From NCBI GenBank assembly GCA_965215005.1, contig CBDCCZ010000004.1, positions 317,115 to 381,114 of the forward strand: DNA of 64,000 nucleotides, written 5' to 3'. Both the position numbers and the translations under genes were made by a program. Positions 18,659 to 29,107 of this stretch are shown here, in pieces (the first letter of the stretch is position 1; every line of letters starts with the position of its first letter). The DNA comes from Kofleriaceae bacterium. GTDB lineage: Bacteria; Myxococcota_A; Polyangia; Haliangiales; Haliangiaceae. The notes below the pieces were generated by a model. The model was not told the DNA's origin. It worked only from the letters and a program-made list of their open reading frames with translations, and made no database searches.

Positions 18659-19249
18659 CTACTCTAGGTCGAAAACTTGCAGTGAGGCTGCGATCATAAG
18701 GACGGTAGATAGCTCACTCCTTTTGAGTGCACTCAATTGCGACGCAGTCAGAATCTCCTTTGCCGGCTTCCAAAGCAGCTCGTCTCGGCTCATCTGCCAC
18801 GGTTGCGCTTCGACGGCATCGACCGACCATCCTTGCTCTATCAGTTCGAGCCTAGCTAGCCGCTCTGCTTGATAGTTCTGCTGGGCATCGTAATAAAGGA
18901 GCGAGAAAATGCGTTTCTGCTCAGGCGAGAGCTTCGCGCGCTCGAGGAACTTCTCGTATGCATCTATGACAATCAACCGATGCTCGTAATCGAAATCGGA
19001 TTCGTTCTCTCGACGGTCTCGGGAGTACGAGAGTCGCGGCTCGTGCATCGCAGGCACCGAATGGGTCTGAACGTTCACCAGCGTTGAACCTGTTTGCGCC
19101 GCGCGCACGGGGGCCTTCTTGCTTAGAATAGAATCCGAGACCGGAATCGTTCGCTTCAACTCCCGGGCGGTGTCTTCGAGACCGAGTAATAGCAAGGCGA
19201 CACCAACGGCAATTGTGACGAAGGCTCCCAAAGCAACGCTGCGCTTCAT
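18659..19249 (-). CDS. Hypothetical N-terminally anchored or secreted protein (196 aa)
   Basis: AAAGGAG RBS, hydrophobic N-terminus MKRSVALGAFVTIAVGVALLLLG, helical-looking C-terminus. Confidence 0.7.
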   Translation of the reverse strand: MKRSVALGAFVTIAVGVALLLLGLEDTARELKRTIPVSDSILSKKAPVRAAQTGSTLVNVQTHSVPAMHEPRLSYSRDRRENESDFDYEHRLIVIDAYEKFLERAKLSPEQKRIFSLLYYDAQQNYQAERLARLELIEQGWSVDAVEAQPWQMSRDELLWKPAKEILTASQLSALKRSELSTVLMIAASLQVFDLE

Positions 19250-19275
19250 GGCCAGCACTCCTTTCTCTTCCAACC

Positions 19276-20221
19276 CTATAAAGGTCGACCGGAAGTATCG
19301 AACCCGGGCAGGGGCGACATCAGCGAGCTCGAGGGTGAGTCAAAACCTGACGGGCAATTTGCCTTCTGCTCACACGTGGCGGCACCGCCGGCGCATTCTT
19401 GAAGAAGATACGTGTACGAAAGTGAACGGCACATGGTGCGGCTTCCGTCTCGACCCCCGAAGGTGGCTTGCAGCGACTGCGATCCACCAACGCTAAAGAA
19501 GCTGCTCGCGGACAAGTTCACGGAAGCGCCCGAAGTGGTAGAGAGTTGGGGAGCATCGGCCTCGAAGCTCTCGATGCAACGGTCGATTCCTCGGCCTCTG
19601 CAGGTGTAGGCGCTGAGTACAGGTTCTCCATTCTCCATCTCGGGCCTTCCATTCGGACCAAGGATCGGAAACCGGCCACACGTGAAATCGCTAATGGTCG
19701 CGCCACTGTGGTCTCTTCTATCCCGAATGCAGCGGTTGCTTGCCAGGCGCGAAAACATGCCAAGACAGGTGCTTTCCAGCCGCCGAGCGTAGTCCTCGCA
19801 ATTGCTCTTCTTTTTCGCGCATCGCTCGCACGGGGTTTCAGGGTAGCAGGCCTGATCGTCGTTGGCAGACGGCGCGAAACCGCTGGGACACTGGGGCTCT
19901 GGAGGCGGGTTTTTGTCGCCTCGATCACCTTGACCGCCACCACTGCCGCCACCCTCGCCGCCGGTTCCTGGCGACGGGCCGGGTCCCGAGGGCCCGAGTC
20001 CGTGATGATGATGACTTCGCCGCCACCGCCACCGCCACCGCCACCGCCGCCGCTGCCACCGCCGCGGCAGATGCTGGCTGTGGTTCCATCGTCTGCCGTG
20101 ACCGTATCCACGAGGTTCTGGTGCGTGGGTGGGCAGTCATCGTCGATGCCGGCAGAGGCGGGCGCGGGGCCTACGCGATGAGCGCGGCCGCCAAACTCAA
20201 AGTGAGTACTACAGATTTCAC
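19276..20221 (-). pseudogene. Cys-rich, Gly-rich secreted protein reconstructed across about 3 frameshifts
   Basis: GTG 20221 gives signal-like VKSVVLTLSLAAALI. Fragments APASAGIDDDCPP...G-run...; GPSPGTGGEGGG...QCPSGF...CYPETPCERCAKK; KKSNCEDY...CPSGFDS...GRPL* chain via shifts near 20170, 19985 and 19810. Confidence 0.55.
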
Positions 20222-20559
20222 TGCTTCGAATGGTCCTTCTTCGTCGTTTGCTCGAGTCTCTAGTGGAGCTCGAGCGTTGCGGCCGCGGAATCTACGCAGG
20301 CGCGATATCCGATGCAAGCGTAAAAAGGCGGCAAACAACGATCAGCCGAGCAGCGGTGTTCTGGCTCTCTATTCGGCCATTCTCCAGTGAGATCGTTGCT
20401 AGTTTCGAGCGCGGGACGCCGTCGTGAGCGACGGTTACGGCCGCGGCATTGCTACCTGTTACCTATAGGTTTGCCGACATACAGCTCGGCCTGACCGAGG
20501 TCGAAGGGGGCCGCGGACAACGATTCACGTCGACCCGCGGATGACGGTAGGGTGGGCCG

Positions 20560-21456
20560 ATGAGCGACTATGAAGACGAGATTCGCTACTACGACCGCGA
20601 GAGTGGCGAGATGCGCAGCGAGCGCGTGTTTGGGGGCGATGCGTTGCGCAGGCTGTATCGGACGCGGAGCGGTCGCTTCCTCACTGACCGCCTGCTGACT
20701 CGAGGGCCGCTGAATCATCTCTATGGTTGGCTCAAGCGGGCGCCTTGGAGTGCGCGTGAGATCGTTGCGTTTGCCGATGGGCTCGGAATCGACGTGGAGG
20801 AAGCCGAGCGGCCGGTCGGTGGGTATCGATCATTGGATGAGTTCTTCACGCGTCGCCTGCGCGCCGGTGCGAGACCGATCGATCCCGATCCGGAGGCACT
20901 GCTCTCGCCTGGGGATGGTCGATTGCTCGTGTTCCCCGCGCCGGTAGGGCTGCTTCCGATCAAGGGAACACGTCTGTCGATTGCAGAGCTTGTCGCGGAT
21001 CGCGAGCAAGCCGCTCGCTATGCAGAGGGCGATGTCGCGGTGCTGCGGCTTGCTCCGGCGGACTATCATCGGTTTCATTTTCCCGCGGCGGGTCGGGCTC
21101 ACGCGCCGCGTGCGGTCGCGGGGCGATTGCACTCGGTGCATCCGATTGCGCTCACGGCAGGCGCGCCGAGCTTTGCCAATAAACGCGTGGTGACGGCGCT
21201 GGTCACACCGCTGTTTGGAACCCTGCAGCTCGTGGAGGTGGGCGCGCTGCTGGTTGGCACCATTGTGCAAACCTTCCGGCCCGGCGAGGTCGAGAGAGGC
21301 GCGGAGAAGGGCTACTTTCGGTTTGGCGGCTCGACGGTGGTCGTCCTAACTCCACCCGGCGTGCTGCGGTTTGACGATGATTTGGTGGAACGGTCGCGGC
21401 TCGGCATCGAGACGTTCGTCAAAGTCGGCACTCGCATCGGGCGGCGGCGCGGCTAA
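20560..21456 (+). CDS. psd: Phosphatidylserine (or archaetidylserine) decarboxylase proenzyme
   Basis: 'SLDEFFTRRL', 'SPGDGR', 'RLAPADYHRFHFP', self-cleavage motif 'GYFRFGGSTVV'. Confidence 0.93.
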   Translation: MSDYEDEIRYYDRESGEMRSERVFGGDALRRLYRTRSGRFLTDRLLTRGPLNHLYGWLKRAPWSAREIVAFADGLGIDVEEAERPVGGYRSLDEFFTRRLRAGARPIDPDPEALLSPGDGRLLVFPAPVGLLPIKGTRLSIAELVADREQAARYAEGDVAVLRLAPADYHRFHFPAAGRAHAPRAVAGRLHSVHPIALTAGAPSFANKRVVTALVTPLFGTLQLVEVGALLVGTIVQTFRPGEVERGAEKGYFRFGGSTVVVLTPPGVLRFDDDLVERSRLGIETFVKVGTRIGRRRG

Positions 21457-21558
21457 TTCGTCTGTTGCCAAGTACGCCGCTCTTGCCCGGCAACCGCCGG
21501 CGCACGCGCTAGCGGCACCTCGGCTTCCGCTGGCGCGCGAGTTGCTCTACGCCACAGA

Positions 21559-24177
21559 ATGTCAGCTGGCTCCTCTTCTGTACCGAATCGCATCGCTAGT
21601 TCCGCAGAGGTCACCGTCATTGCGCTCGACCGGGCGGGATCGGCAGAGCTGGCGCAAGTAGGCGGCAAAGCGCAGTCCTTGGGCGTTTTGTTGGCTGCGG
21701 GCTTCGATGTTCCGGACGGCTTCGTTGTGACGGTTGCCGCATTCGAAACGGTCTTACAGGCCCCCGCGCTGGCAGCTCGAGTTGCCGCTGTAGAGACTGC
21801 ATTGGTCGCCGGTGAGCTTCCCGATGAGTCGACACTCGCGGCGCTGCGCGAGGCGATTCTGGCGGTCGAGTTGCCGCCGGCGCTTCGTCAGCAGTTGGCC
21901 GAGGCGTACGGCGCGCTGGCAAATCCGCGGGTCGCCGTTCGTTCGAGCGGAAGCCGCGAAGATCTCGATGATGCGAGCTTTGCTGGTCAATATGAGACGT
22001 ACTTGAATGTTCGCGGCGAAGTAGCTCTGGAGCGAGCGTTAAAACAGTGCTGGGCCTCGCTATGGCAGTCGCGGGTACTGCAGTATGCATCGCGCCATCG
22101 CGAAGGTGCCAGCGGTCTGCGCATGGCGGTGGTGGTTCAGGAGATGGCCGCCGCCGAGGTTGCAGGCGTTGCGTTCACCGTCAATCCGCTCACCGGTCGG
22201 CAGGAAGAGATGCTTGTCGAGGCGGTGTTTGGTCTCGGCGAGTCGCTGGTATCGGGGCGAGCCAACGCCGACCGATTTGTGCTCGCGGCCGCCAATGGAG
22301 ACGTTATGCAGCAGGAGCTTGCGGCCAAGACGCTGCAGGTCGTGCCCGTCGAGATAGGCGTGGAAGAGCGGCAAGTAGAGGGCGAAGAGGCCACGCGCGT
22401 CACTCTCACGGGCGAAGAGCTGCGCAAGCTCGCGCAGGTCTCTGCCGACATTCAAGAACATTACGGTCGTCCCATGGACATCGAGTGGAGCTTCGCAGCG
22501 GGGCGGCTCTACATCTTGCAAGCCAGGCCCATCACGCATCTGGCATTCGCAGCGGAGATCGGGCAGTGGACGACCGCCGATTTTCGCGACGGTGGCGTTT
22601 CCTCGGAGGTGTGTTCGCCTTTCATGTGGTCGCTCTACGAGCTTGCCTTGCAGAGCTCGATGCCGACCTACTTCAAAGCGCTCAAGCTGATCCCGCAAGA
22701 CCACGAAGCGACGTGGGCACGGATGTTCTTCGGGCGTCCGTACTGGAATCTCAGCGAAGTGAAGCTCGGCCTAGAGCGGATTCCAGGTTACAGCGAGGAT
22801 AGCTTCCACGCCGATCTGGGTGTCGATGTCGACAGGGAGTTCGAGGGCAAGAAAACCCGCACGACGGTGACGGGCGTGCTCCGCGCGCTGCCTACGCTGT
22901 TTGCACTCAAGCGCAACTATCGCGAGCGGTTGGGCCAAAATCAGGCGTTCTTGACCCAGTTCGAGGAGCGCAAAGCTCCGTTCGACATTTCCGCCGCCGA
23001 CATAGCGGCTCTCGACGACGAGGCGTTTTTGCGCTCCTATGCAGAGCTCATCGAAGACCTCTATCGAGACACCGAAACTTCCTACTTCTACACCATCTAC
23101 AACACCTCGAACTCGAAGCTCGACTTCAAACCGTGTTTCGAGAAGGTCAACGCGTTGGCTGGCGGCAGTCTCGATGAGCCGACGCTGCTCACGGGTCTGC
23201 AGAACTTGTCGCATCTGCGGCCGATGAAAGACCTACATGCAGTAGTCGAGGCGGTGCATCAGCGCGGCGGCGAAATCGACGACGCGCTGGTGGCGGAGTT
23301 TGCGCATCGCTGGCGTCATCATGGACGCCGCGAGCTCGATATCCGCGTGCCCCGTTGGGATCAGGATCATGACTATGTTCGCGACATGCTCGAGGCTGCT
23401 CTCGAGCACCACGACGCTGAGCGCGACCCCGCCGAAGTTGAACGCCGGCACGTACAAGCGCATTCCGCAGCGTTGTCAACTGCGTTGGCGCCGCTGCGTT
23501 GGCGACCGCTGCTCCGCCGTTCGTTCATTGCTAAGCTCGAACTAGTTCGACGCTATGCTTGGTGGCGCGAAGAGATGCGCGACTGCTCGAGCTTTTTGTA
23601 CTACTTGGTTCGCCAATGGACAGTCGATGCCGCACGCCGTCTAGTCGCGGCAGATATGCTCGCGTCCACCGATAGCATTTGGGCGCTCTCGTTCACGGAG
23701 GTTCTGCAGGCGCTGCGGGGCGCACTGAGCTCAAGCGAGGTGAAAGCGCGGGCGGCGTGCGGCGAGCGGATGATGCGCTCGTATCGCAACTTCGCCAATC
23801 CCAACGAGATCGGCTCGCATTTCCGTTTCGCTCGCGAGCAGTCGCCGCCTACCGAGGGCGCGTTGCGCGGTACCCCATGCTCGCCAGGACGCGTCACTGG
23901 GCGCGCCCGCATCATAGGCAGCCTAGAAGAAGCGCACTCTCTCGAGCCGGGCGACATCCTGGTTACGCGCTTCACGGACCCCGGCTGGACTCCGCTGTTC
24001 GGTCGCATTCGCGCTGTCGTCACCGAGACCGGCGGCGTCTTGTCTCACGCTGCGGTCATCTCACGTGAGTACGGAATTCCCGCGGTGCTCGCTGTCTCCG
24101 GCGCCACCGAAGCCATCGTGGACGGCACAACCATCACCGTCGATGGCTGCCAAGGCATCGTCGATCGCGGCGACTGA
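21559..24177 (+). CDS. PEP-utilising enzyme (ATP-grasp, central substrate domain, phospho-His swivel; RPH/PigC architecture) #1
   Basis: 'VGGKA', 'VAVRSS..EDLDDASFAGQYET', 'DIEW...LQARPIT', C-terminal 'TDPGWTPLF...GGVLSHAAVISREYGIPAV'. No PpsA TIM barrel. Confidence 0.88.
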   Translation: MSAGSSSVPNRIASSAEVTVIALDRAGSAELAQVGGKAQSLGVLLAAGFDVPDGFVVTVAAFETVLQAPALAARVAAVETALVAGELPDESTLAALREAILAVELPPALRQQLAEAYGALANPRVAVRSSGSREDLDDASFAGQYETYLNVRGEVALERALKQCWASLWQSRVLQYASRHREGASGLRMAVVVQEMAAAEVAGVAFTVNPLTGRQEEMLVEAVFGLGESLVSGRANADRFVLAAANGDVMQQELAAKTLQVVPVEIGVEERQVEGEEATRVTLTGEELRKLAQVSADIQEHYGRPMDIEWSFAAGRLYILQARPITHLAFAAEIGQWTTADFRDGGVSSEVCSPFMWSLYELALQSSMPTYFKALKLIPQDHEATWARMFFGRPYWNLSEVKLGLERIPGYSEDSFHADLGVDVDREFEGKKTRTTVTGVLRALPTLFALKRNYRERLGQNQAFLTQFEERKAPFDISAADIAALDDEAFLRSYAELIEDLYRDTETSYFYTIYNTSNSKLDFKPCFEKVNALAGGSLDEPTLLTGLQNLSHLRPMKDLHAVVEAVHQRGGEIDDALVAEFAHRWRHHGRRELDIRVPRWDQDHDYVRDMLEAALEHHDAERDPAEVERRHVQAHSAALSTALAPLRWRPLLRRSFIAKLELVRRYAWWREEMRDCSSFLYYLVRQWTVDAARRLVAADMLASTDSIWALSFTEVLQALRGALSSSEVKARAACGERMMRSYRNFANPNEIGSHFRFAREQSPPTEGALRGTPCSPGRVTGRARIIGSLEEAHSLEPGDILVTRFTDPGWTPLFGRIRAVVTETGGVLSHAAVISREYGIPAVLAVSGATEAIVDGTTITVDGCQGIVDRGD

Positions 24178-24183
24178 TTGCAC

Positions 24184-24227
24184 GAGCGGAGAGCGGGCGG
24201 AGCGCGTGCTCCGCTAACCGCTCGCTC
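24184..24227. terminator. Hairpin between convergent genes
   Basis: GAGCGG-GCGGAGC-gcgt-GCTCCGC-taa-CCGCTC. Confidence 0.45.
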
Positions 24228-24250
24228 TGCCGTATCGCTAGTGTGAGCGC

Positions 24251-26137
24251 TCAGGCCGGCTCGCGGCGACGCTTGAGCGTTTGCCGCAGCTGCATGAGCA
24301 AGTATCCAGCGCCCGAGCGGACGAACACGCCACCCAGATCAAGTTTGGTTTGCCGCGGTGCCATCAGCGAATCACTGAGATAAAGCTGACGACACGCGTT
24401 GCGTTGGCGCTTGCCGCTAGAGGTTTTGGGAATCGCGCCGGGTTCGGTGAGCACGACCTCTTCGAGGTTCACCCCGCACTCTCGTAGCACCGCCTCGGCG
24501 ACGCGAGCCGAAAGTGCCACTCGCTTGTCCGAGTCACTGATGCGCGTCTCGCACACGAGAACCACCAGGTCGCGCGCCTCGCGGTCATCATAGACTGCGA
24601 ACGCAACGGTGGCGCCGGCGCGGACGCCTTCCACGGTCTCGGCCGCACGCTCCAAATCTTCTGCATAGTAGTTGCGACCTTGCAGGATGATTAGATCCTT
24701 GGCGCGACCAGTGACGTAAAGCTGGCCATCCGACACGTAGCCCAAATCGCCAGTCCACAAGCTGCCCTCGCGAAGCACCTTAGCAGTGGCTTCCGCATCT
24801 CCCCAGTAGCCACGCATCACCGAGCGACCTGATACTACGACGTGGCCGACCTGGTTCTCGCTAAGTTCTCGACCGTGCTCATCCACCACCGCCAATCCTT
24901 GGCCGGGGACTGCGCGCCCGACGCTCACGAGCGTTAGCGCACCGGCGCCTTCTGCCGGCACGACGTGGCCATTGGCGAGCTGCTCGCGATCGACCGTTTG
25001 GTGGGCAATCCGGCGGTGCGGCTCGGGGAACGCCGCGGCCAAACTGACTTCTGCAAGACCGTACGCTGGCAGTATCGCCTCGGCGGAAAATCCATGCGGC
25101 GCGTACGTGGAGACAAACTGCTCAACGGTTGCCAGATTCACCGGCTCTGCACCGTTAGAGGCGACGCGCCAGCTCGACAGATCGAGCCCCTCACGCTGCT
25201 CGCGCGACACGCGCTTTACCGCCAACGCATACCCGAAGTTGGGCGCAGGCGATAGCGTGGCGCGGTAATCCGAAATCGCGCGCAGCCAGCGATGAGGTCG
25301 CGCCAAGAATGCCGTGGGAGACATGAGCACGAAGGGCAAACGCCAGTACACGGCGAATAGCAGCGCGCCGATGAGACCCATATCATGGTACAGCGGGCAC
25401 CAGCTCATCACCACATCGTTGCGCGAGACCTCTAGAGCCTGACCCATCGTGTGGATATTGGACACTAGGTTGTCGTGGGTCAGAGTCACGCCTTTGGGCT
25501 TGCCCGTGGAGCCAGAGGTGTATTGCAAGAACGCCGGCTCACTGGCGCTGGCGCGGAATTTTTCATCAAGCACGCTACTACGGGCGAGCTGAGCCGCCGT
25601 TACCACGCGAGTGATGCATGGCGCGCGAAGTCCCAAATCGCCGAGTAGACCGGATATATCGGCACAAGTGACGCAAACCGTTGCCTGCGAGTGGTTTGCG
25701 ATATGCGCGAGCTTGCGCAGCCCAGCCTCCAATCGTAGACCCGTTGGCGGGTACGCCGGAACTGGAATGGCTCTCAGCAGCTGGACGGCGAAAAAGGCTT
25801 CGACAAACTCAAAGGATGTTGGCAGCACGAGGAGCACGCGGTCACCGGCAGAGACTCCGAGCTCGCGAAGCCCGCGGGCGATGCGGCGAGCACCATGATA
25901 GAGCTCGCGATAGGATCGGGTCTGGGCTGGACGATTTTCGCGCTCCGGCAACAGCGTGATGCCGCGGTCCGCTTCTAGTCGTGCCGCTTCCGCGAACGCA
26001 TGCAACAGGGTTGGGTGATATGGCTCGAGCTCTGTTGGAAGCTCGGCTTTGCCGCTTGCCCACGCTCCGGTACGGAAGCCTGTTTGCTCGTGGCTCGGAA
26101 AGCTCGAGCGAAATTGTCGATTGAGGGACGGGTTCAT
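24251..26137 (-). CDS. Fatty acyl-AMP ligase (FAAL)
   Basis: 'AFLQYTSGSTGKPKGV', 'SWCPLYHDMGLIG', 'YGLAE', 'TGDLG', 'GRNYYAEDLE', 'PKTSSGK'. Co-operonic with an ACP. Confidence 0.92.
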   Translation of the reverse strand: MNPSLNRQFRSSFPSHEQTGFRTGAWASGKAELPTELEPYHPTLLHAFAEAARLEADRGITLLPERENRPAQTRSYRELYHGARRIARGLRELGVSAGDRVLLVLPTSFEFVEAFFAVQLLRAIPVPAYPPTGLRLEAGLRKLAHIANHSQATVCVTCADISGLLGDLGLRAPCITRVVTAAQLARSSVLDEKFRASASEPAFLQYTSGSTGKPKGVTLTHDNLVSNIHTMGQALEVSRNDVVMSWCPLYHDMGLIGALLFAVYWRLPFVLMSPTAFLARPHRWLRAISDYRATLSPAPNFGYALAVKRVSREQREGLDLSSWRVASNGAEPVNLATVEQFVSTYAPHGFSAEAILPAYGLAEVSLAAAFPEPHRRIAHQTVDREQLANGHVVPAEGAGALTLVSVGRAVPGQGLAVVDEHGRELSENQVGHVVVSGRSVMRGYWGDAEATAKVLREGSLWTGDLGYVSDGQLYVTGRAKDLIILQGRNYYAEDLERAAETVEGVRAGATVAFAVYDDREARDLVVLVCETRISDSDKRVALSARVAEAVLRECGVNLEEVVLTEPGAIPKTSSGKRQRNACRQLYLSDSLMAPRQTKLDLGGVFVRSGAGYLLMQLRQTLKRRREPA

Positions 26138-28833
26138 CAGGCTCTGTTCTCCTCGATAATGAAGCCATGCATCCGTGCTAAGTCGCGTGCCCGGCGCACT
26201 TGCAGCGCCCGAAGTGGGCCATACGAGAAGTTCTCTCGAAGTCCCGCCAACCCGAGCAGCACCGTCTCGGCCAAGCAGCCATAGAGCTCGCCCGGACGTA
26301 GCGACAGCTCCTCGAGATCAACTGTTTGTCCGAGCGGCGCGCGCACCATGCCGCCTTTGAGCACCACGGCATTAGGACGCTCGTGGCTTACTTGCGGCGC
26401 CACGTCTCTTGGCACCGCGACATCGGAAATGATGACCGTGCCGGTGCCGACGTGCTCGGGCAACACCACGGGTTCCGCGGCATTGGTGGCAGAGACGATG
26501 ATGTTGCAGTCGCGCAGCGCCCCCATGTCAGTTGCAATCTCGATTTTCGGCCTGCCGGCGTCGCGAGCGATGGCGTCGCGGGTGCGTTCCAGCCGGCGCT
26601 GCGCACGCGGCTGCCCGACCAGCACCAGCTCGTCCACCGCCTCGGCAGCGACCTCCGCCAACACCGCGCCAATGTTGCCAGCGGCGCCAACCACGCCCAG
26701 CCGCAACTGGCGCAGGTCGCGGCGTTTTGCCGCCAACAGTGCCGCCTCGAGTGCCGAGGCGGCGGTGAGCGAGTTGCCGCTGGTGATGCCGATGTCGGAG
26801 GCGACCACCGCTCGGCAGTTGTTAGTGAGGATTGACGTGTAGCCGCCAAAGCCGACGGCGGAGCAGCCAAGGCGCCGCGCATACGCTACGCCGCGATGGA
26901 TGAGATCGAGGATGACGTCGCCGTTGCCCTGCCGGAGCCCCAGAAGGGCCTGCTCTGGGGTGAACGCAAGTCCCAGCACGGTCACCGTCACGCGATTGCC
27001 GAGGGCTGATTCGATCTCGCTTTGGCCGACGACGAATGGCTCGATGGCGCCGGTGGTGCGTCCCAAGAACTGCGCGCACTCGTTGTCGCTGAAGTCGCCC
27101 AGGGTCGGGTCCCAGGAGCGAAGGGTGCCTGGCTCGAGAAAGTGCGCGAGAAAGCCTACGTGCGCCTGGCCCGGTCGACTCGGACGGGCGGCGCGTTTAG
27201 GCGGGGCACTCGGAGCGGGTTTGCTCCGCGTCGAACGCGCGTTGCCCACTAAATAGCGACTGAGCAGGCTGGCATCAGAGCATCGGAGCGCCTCGCAGGC
27301 GCGCTCGAGGGCAGCGCAGAAACGATCGAGCGCGGCCTCTTCGATGAAGGCGGAAGGTTGCAGTCGAAGCGTGGCACCCGCTGATAGCGTGGGCAGCACG
27401 CGAATGCGTTCTTCATGAAGGAAGTACCCAGCAAGAAATTGTCCCAAGCGATCCTGCTCACCGAGCACACGCAACAACGGGCTGCGGGAATCCTGCTGCG
27501 CACCGAGCTCGATGCCGAGCATCAGCCCACGGCCGCGAACCTCGACGATTTGGTCTGGGTAGCGGCGCTGCAACTCCTCGAGGCGACGGCGCAAATATTC
27601 GCCCTTGACGCGGCACTTGAGCAAGACCTCGTCGCCCTCCAGTACATCGAGTGTGGCATTGGCCACCGCCGCCGAAAAATGATCTTCGGCGTAGGTTGAC
27701 GTATGGACGTAGCCGAAGTGCGGCTGGTAGCGCTCTCGATCGACGAGTAATACGGCAATCTTTGCGAGGCCGCCGCTGAGCGTCTTTGCAAGGGTGTAGT
27801 AGTCACCGCGAACGCCCGCGGCCTCGGAAGCTAAGAACGTGCCCGTTCGACCCATGCCAGACTGTATTTCATCGATGATCAACGGGAACTCCGCAGCGTC
27901 GGCGGCGGCGCGCAGCGCTCGCAGGTACGCTGCCGGCACTTCTCGAACCCCGCCTTCCCCTTGAATTGGCTCTACGAAGCAGGCAGCGATGTTGACCACA
28001 TGCCCGGTGGTCAGCCGCGCCACGCCGTGGTCGTCGAGCTCGAGCATCGGATACGCGAGCGTCTCTGTCGCCACCACCTGCGCCAGCGTTGACTCGTCGC
28101 CAACCGGCAAGAACAACACCCGCGGCCCCAGGTGCTGCCAGGCGGTTCGCATTTGCGGATTGTGGGTGAGCTGCAAGGCGCCGAGGGTCTTGCCGTGAAA
28201 CGCGCCTTCTAGGGCGAGCAGCAGCGGGCGTTGCTCGAGCGCATCGAGGATCGCTCGCGAGAGCCGGAGCATGAGCTCATCGAGAGTGTGAATGGCCTCG
28301 ACACCGAACCGCCGGGCGGCGTCGCGAAACAAATCCTCCGGCAGCACTGCCGTCTGTTCCCGTAGCCGTAGCCGCAGCTCATGGTGGCGACGCTCGAGCT
28401 CGTCTTGCACTGCCTGCCAACGGAGCCGGCGCTCGAGCTCGGCGTGCTTGATCGCTGCCTCGATAGCTTCGGCGCCGGAGTTGGTGAACGTCGCAACATA
28501 CTCGCGGTTGGTGACGCTACCCAGCCGCGCGGCTAAGCGTTCGGCCAGTACGCCAGCCTCGCCGCGGGCACTGCCCTGCGCCAGGAACGGCCGTTGCTCG
28601 TCCAGGACCCGCCGTGCAGCGGCGACCAGTGTTGGATGATTATGACCGAGAAGGGTGGCGCCAAATCCACCCACGAGATCGAGCACCGCGACCTCGCTGC
28701 CATCGGCTTGGCGAAAGTAGAGCGTGTCGCCTTCGCCACGCTCATATTCGAAATCGAGCGCGAGTGCCCGGAGCCGCTGCATGAGGGTTGGCTTGACGAA
28801 CTGCTCGTAAGCCGCACGACGCTCGCTGCTCAT
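26137..28833 (-). CDS. Class-III aminotransferase fused to a C-terminal acyl-ACP-reductase-like domain
   Basis: PLP domain: 'NSGAEA', 'EPIQGEGG', 'DEIQSGMGRTG', 'LAKTLSGG'. Reductase domain: 'GFGGYTSI', 'ITSGNSLTA', Rossmann 'GVVGAAGNIG', 'DVAVPRDV', 'YGCLAETVLL'. Confidence 0.88.
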   Translation of the reverse strand: MSSERRAAYEQFVKPTLMQRLRALALDFEYERGEGDTLYFRQADGSEVAVLDLVGGFGATLLGHNHPTLVAAARRVLDEQRPFLAQGSARGEAGVLAERLAARLGSVTNREYVATFTNSGAEAIEAAIKHAELERRLRWQAVQDELERRHHELRLRLREQTAVLPEDLFRDAARRFGVEAIHTLDELMLRLSRAILDALEQRPLLLALEGAFHGKTLGALQLTHNPQMRTAWQHLGPRVLFLPVGDESTLAQVVATETLAYPMLELDDHGVARLTTGHVVNIAACFVEPIQGEGGVREVPAAYLRALRAAADAAEFPLIIDEIQSGMGRTGTFLASEAAGVRGDYYTLAKTLSGGLAKIAVLLVDRERYQPHFGYVHTSTYAEDHFSAAVANATLDVLEGDEVLLKCRVKGEYLRRRLEELQRRYPDQIVEVRGRGLMLGIELGAQQDSRSPLLRVLGEQDRLGQFLAGYFLHEERIRVLPTLSAGATLRLQPSAFIEEAALDRFCAALERACEALRCSDASLLSRYLVGNARSTRSKPAPSAPPKRAARPSRPGQAHVGFLAHFLEPGTLRSWDPTLGDFSDNECAQFLGRTTGAIEPFVVGQSEIESALGNRVTVTVLGLAFTPEQALLGLRQGNGDVILDLIHRGVAYARRLGCSAVGFGGYTSILTNNCRAVVASDIGITSGNSLTAASALEAALLAAKRRDLRQLRLGVVGAAGNIGAVLAEVAAEAVDELVLVGQPRAQRRLERTRDAIARDAGRPKIEIATDMGALRDCNIIVSATNAAEPVVLPEHVGTGTVIISDVAVPRDVAPQVSHERPNAVVLKGGMVRAPLGQTVDLEELSLRPGELYGCLAETVLLGLAGLRENFSYGPLRALQVRRARDLARMHGFIIEENRA

Positions 28834-29078
28834 CGAGCATCCCGCTTTGCATCCACCAGCGCGGCGAGGTCCCGAACGGTAACCACTTTCGCTAACGCTG
28901 GATCATGCTCGCTGATTTCGATGTCAAACTGGCCTTCCATCGCCAAGATGAGATCCAGCGAGCGAACTGAGTCGAGGCCATAGCCAAGGAGGTTGCCGTC
29001 ATCGCGGATCACCTCGCGCTCGACTCCGCACACGGTGGCAAGCTCGCATTTGACGGCTGTGAGTACTTCATCAGACAT
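28830..29078 (-). CDS. Acyl carrier protein (82 aa)
   Basis: Acidic small protein with a 'GLDSV' phosphopantetheine site. GGAG RBS before ATG 29078. Confidence 0.9.
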   Translation of the reverse strand: MSDEVLTAVKCELATVCGVEREVIRDDGNLLGYGLDSVRSLDLILAMEGQFDIEISEHDPALAKVVTVRDLAALVDAKRDAR

Positions 29079-29107
29079 GCTCAACTCCATTGGCGAATGC
29101 GCATCAA

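Noticed and set aside
20018..20068. (CCG/CCA)n microsatellite
   Set aside because: It encodes the poly-Gly linker of the minus-strand secreted protein.
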